A DNA stretch of 64,000 nt from an uncultured Candidatus Binatia bacterium (lineage in GTDB: Bacteria; Desulfobacterota; Binatia; UBA9968; JAJDTQ01), in assembly GCA_965242525.1 (NCBI GenBank), contig OZ251459.1:2304001-2368000 (forward strand). Direction: 5' to 3'. The translations under genes and the position numbers were made by a program. The notes below the pieces were generated by a model. That model saw only the letters and a program-made list of their open reading frames with translations, had not been told where the DNA came from and did not search any database. Below, piece by piece: positions 59,492-64,000 of this stretch (position 1 is the first letter of the stretch; each line of letters starts with the position of its first letter).

Positions 59492-60274
59492 TCAACCCGC
59501 GGGCGACGGGAGCGGGACCCGGACCGCGCCTTGGGGAAGGTCCTGGACGAAGTGGGAGTCGGGCAGGGCCACGTTGACTTCCGGCTCGTCGTAACGGACC
59601 TCGTAGGAACGTCCGAGCGAGGGCGTCTCCAGCGTGACCGTCAACGGGAAGGGTCCGAACGGGGTGTCGGAGAAGTCCTCGAAGGCCGCGGCGTAGAGGA
59701 CCTCTCCGGACGGACCCACGCGCCACCATCGGATCGGGGCCGTCCTCTCGGTGTCGAAGGCGAGCACGTCGGCGCTCCCGTCGGGGCCCACGCGCCGCAA
59801 CCCGAGGGAGTCCGCGTCCCAGGCCGCGTCCGGGTCCACCGGCGGGACCCCCAGCAGCAGCGCGGCCATCTCGTGGGGCTCCAGCAGCATCCGGGTAGCG
59901 CGGTAGAGGTTCTCCCGGGACGCCCTGCCGCGGTAGAAACGCGCTTCGGAGGGCAGGAAACCGGTCACTTCGCCGTCGTCCACCGTGAGGATCAGCGCCG
60001 CGCCCACCACGGAGAACGCTTCGAGCCTCAGGCGACCGGGTCTCTGGACCAGGACCGCGGCGCTGAACCCGCCCTTCTCCTCGCCCACTCGGTAGCTGAT
60101 CCTGGCAAGGCTCCGGAGCGACCGGAACGCCTCGTCCCGCTGGGCCAGGACCGAAGCCAGGAGAGGGAGGGTGTCGCGCGGGGGCTCGGGGACGGGCGGG
60201 GGAGACCCCGGAACCGCACACCCCGCCAGCAGGGCGGCGACGCCGAGGCGCCCCGCGGCCGAGCCTATCCGCAT
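59492..60274 (-). CDS. Lipoprotein of LolA/LolB-like fold (DUF4292-like)
   Basis: Lipobox LLAG-C; RSLRSLARI, QRPGRLRLEAFS, C-terminal EVNVALPDSHF; follows a TPR gene. Confidence 0.65.
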   Translation of the reverse strand: MRIGSAAGRLGVAALLAGCAVPGSPPPVPEPPRDTLPLLASVLAQRDEAFRSLRSLARISYRVGEEKGGFSAAVLVQRPGRLRLEAFSVVGAALILTVDDGEVTGFLPSEARFYRGRASRENLYRATRMLLEPHEMAALLLGVPPVDPDAAWDADSLGLRRVGPDGSADVLAFDTERTAPIRWWRVGPSGEVLYAAAFEDFSDTPFGPFPLTVTLETPSLGRSYEVRYDEPEVNVALPDSHFVQDLPQGAVRVPLPSPAG

Positions 60275-60288
60275 ATGCCACGAGTGGG

Positions 60289-62025
60289 TCAAGTCCGGTG
60301 CTCGAGATCTCCGATCTTCGATCGGATCCGTTCCGTCTGCTCGTCCTCGACCGAGGACTCCAGCGCCCTGCGATAGCTCCGCAGCGCTTCGTCCGGCCTG
60401 CCGTCTTCCAGGTAGGCGTCACCCAGGTGCTCGATGATCACGGGGTCGTCGATCACCAGACGGACCGCCTTCTCCAACTGCTCGATGGCCCTCCGGTAGT
60501 CGCCCTTGCGGTAATAGACCCAGCCGAGGCTGTCGATATAGAAACCGTCGTTGGGCTCCAGCTCCAGCGCGCGGAGGATGAGCCGCTCCGCCCGGTCGAG
60601 CTCCACGTCCATGTCCGCGTAGGTGTAGCCCAGGTAGTTCAACGCCTCGTCGTACTCCGGGTCCAGCTCGATGGCCTTCCGCATGTGCTCGATGGTCTTG
60701 TCCTTGTCCTTGCTCTCGTCGTACAGGGCCCCCAACGCGAAGCGCAGCCGGGCGTTCCCGGGGTCCAGCTCCACCACCTCGAGCATGGTCTCGATGGCCT
60801 TGGCGTAATCCTTCCCCCTGCGGTAAACCTCCGCGAGGAAGCGCAACAGGTCCTTGCGCCGGTCCGGGTCCCCCCGGTCCGGGTCCTCTTCGAGGGCGGC
60901 CCGGAGGGCCGCCGCCGCTTCGGGGAACCGCTCCCGTCCTTCATGGACCGAGGCGAGCTGCACCCGGGAGTCCACGAAATAGTCGCTGTCCGGGGGGATG
61001 CCTTCGAACTGCGCCGCGGCCCTCTCGGCGTCGCCCGACCGTTCGTGCGCAAGACCCAGGAAGAACCTCACGCGATGGTCGTCGGGCCGTTCCACCAGGG
61101 CGAGGCCCAGTTCCGTTATAGCGGCGTCGAGGTTGCCCACCTCGTAATGGGCGATGCCCACCTTCATGCGGGTCACGCCCGGCGCAGCCTCCCGGGAGCC
61201 CATGCGGGCGAACTCGGCGCGCGCCTCCGGGAGGCGCCCCAGCCCCATGCGCAGGGCCCGGAGCCGCGGCCCGGCCCAGTCGTTGCGCGGGTCCACCTCC
61301 ATGAGTTTCCGATAGGTCTCGGACGCGGCGCTTTCCCGGCCGCGGAACTCGCGGACCAACCCCATCTCGGTGAGAACCGGCGCGGAGGTGGGGAGCAACT
61401 CGAGGGCGGCCGCGTAGCTCTCTTCGGCCCGGGCGAAATCCTGCGACTCGGCCAGGGTCCGCCCCAGGTAGTAGTGTCCCAGCGGCGACGCGGGGTTGTC
61501 CTGCGTATATCTCTCCAGGTGCTTCCGCGCCTCGCGGTATTGCCCCTCGGCCAAGTGGATCGCCCCCAGGTAGAGGCGCGCCCGGGCGTCGTCGGGGTCG
61601 AGCTCCAGCACCTTGCGGTACTCCCGAAGGCTCTCGGCCGCCCTGCCGGTGGCGCTGTACAGCCCCGCCAGCAAACGGCGGCTCTCCGGGTCGCCGGCGT
61701 CGAGCCCCACCGCGGCCTCCGCCTCGGCCACCGCGGCGTCGGTCTCTCCCAGGGCCAGATGGGACCTGGCCAGACGGGTGCGCAGGAAAGCGCTGGAGGG
61801 GTCGTGCTCCCGGGCCGACCGGAATTGCTCGTGGGCTGCCCGCGAGTCGCCGGCGAGGGCGTCCATGCGCGCCCGCAGGTAGCGGTACACCGCCCGGGCT
61901 TCCCGCGGGACCTCCGCCTTCTCGCGGTCCGCGAAAGGACCCGGCGGCCCCTGGGGAACTCCGTCGAGAGGAACGCAACCCGCCAGAAACAGGACCGCAA
62001 GGATTCCCCAACCAGGATGCCGCAT
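60289..62025 (-). CDS. TPR-repeat lipoprotein
   Basis: Lipobox FLAG-C, many TPR repeats, C-terminal ALNYLGYTYAD...DSLGWVYY...EHLGDAY. Confidence 0.88.
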   Translation of the reverse strand: MRHPGWGILAVLFLAGCVPLDGVPQGPPGPFADREKAEVPREARAVYRYLRARMDALAGDSRAAHEQFRSAREHDPSSAFLRTRLARSHLALGETDAAVAEAEAAVGLDAGDPESRRLLAGLYSATGRAAESLREYRKVLELDPDDARARLYLGAIHLAEGQYREARKHLERYTQDNPASPLGHYYLGRTLAESQDFARAEESYAAALELLPTSAPVLTEMGLVREFRGRESAASETYRKLMEVDPRNDWAGPRLRALRMGLGRLPEARAEFARMGSREAAPGVTRMKVGIAHYEVGNLDAAITELGLALVERPDDHRVRFFLGLAHERSGDAERAAAQFEGIPPDSDYFVDSRVQLASVHEGRERFPEAAAALRAALEEDPDRGDPDRRKDLLRFLAEVYRRGKDYAKAIETMLEVVELDPGNARLRFALGALYDESKDKDKTIEHMRKAIELDPEYDEALNYLGYTYADMDVELDRAERLILRALELEPNDGFYIDSLGWVYYRKGDYRRAIEQLEKAVRLVIDDPVIIEHLGDAYLEDGRPDEALRSYRRALESSVEDEQTERIRSKIGDLEHRT

Positions 62026-62077
62026 GGTATTTTCCAGAGGGACGGATGCAGGAGACTAGCTAACACAGGCGGGTTGA

Positions 62078-64000
<1,923 letters not shown>

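Overview
High-GC bacterial chromosomal window; gene style suggests a deltaproteobacterium-like lineage, but that is inference only. The housekeeping backbone comprises an aldehyde dehydrogenase (partial), polyprenyl synthetase, lipB, ferredoxin, lpdA-aceF-aceE, a lipoate ligase, ilvE, trmFO, dprA, der, era, greA, dppD/F-like ATPases, yejAB plus a fused yejE-yejF, LolB-like and TPR lipoproteins, and ligA (partial). Accessory DNA interrupts it in four places: a solitary N6-adenine methyltransferase-TRD gene; a ~10.6 kb defence-type island (DUF4143 ATPase, three TA loci, a surface lipoprotein, an ISL3 remnant and a 1708-aa nuclease-STAND NTPase); a Panacea (DUF4065) islet; and an orphan gene inside an operon. 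Two uncharacterised operons are present: a MoxR/DUF58/VWA operon, and a seven-gene operon coupling a GlmL-type ASKHA ATPase to DUF6754 and other membrane proteins with no glutamate mutase genes in the window, which is the best candidate for an undescribed system. Intergenic spaces carry two REP-like palindrome families, often nested in ~140-bp TIR-bounded MITE-like units. No rRNA, tRNA or CRISPR array was seen. All family assignments come from motif recognition by eye, not from database searches.
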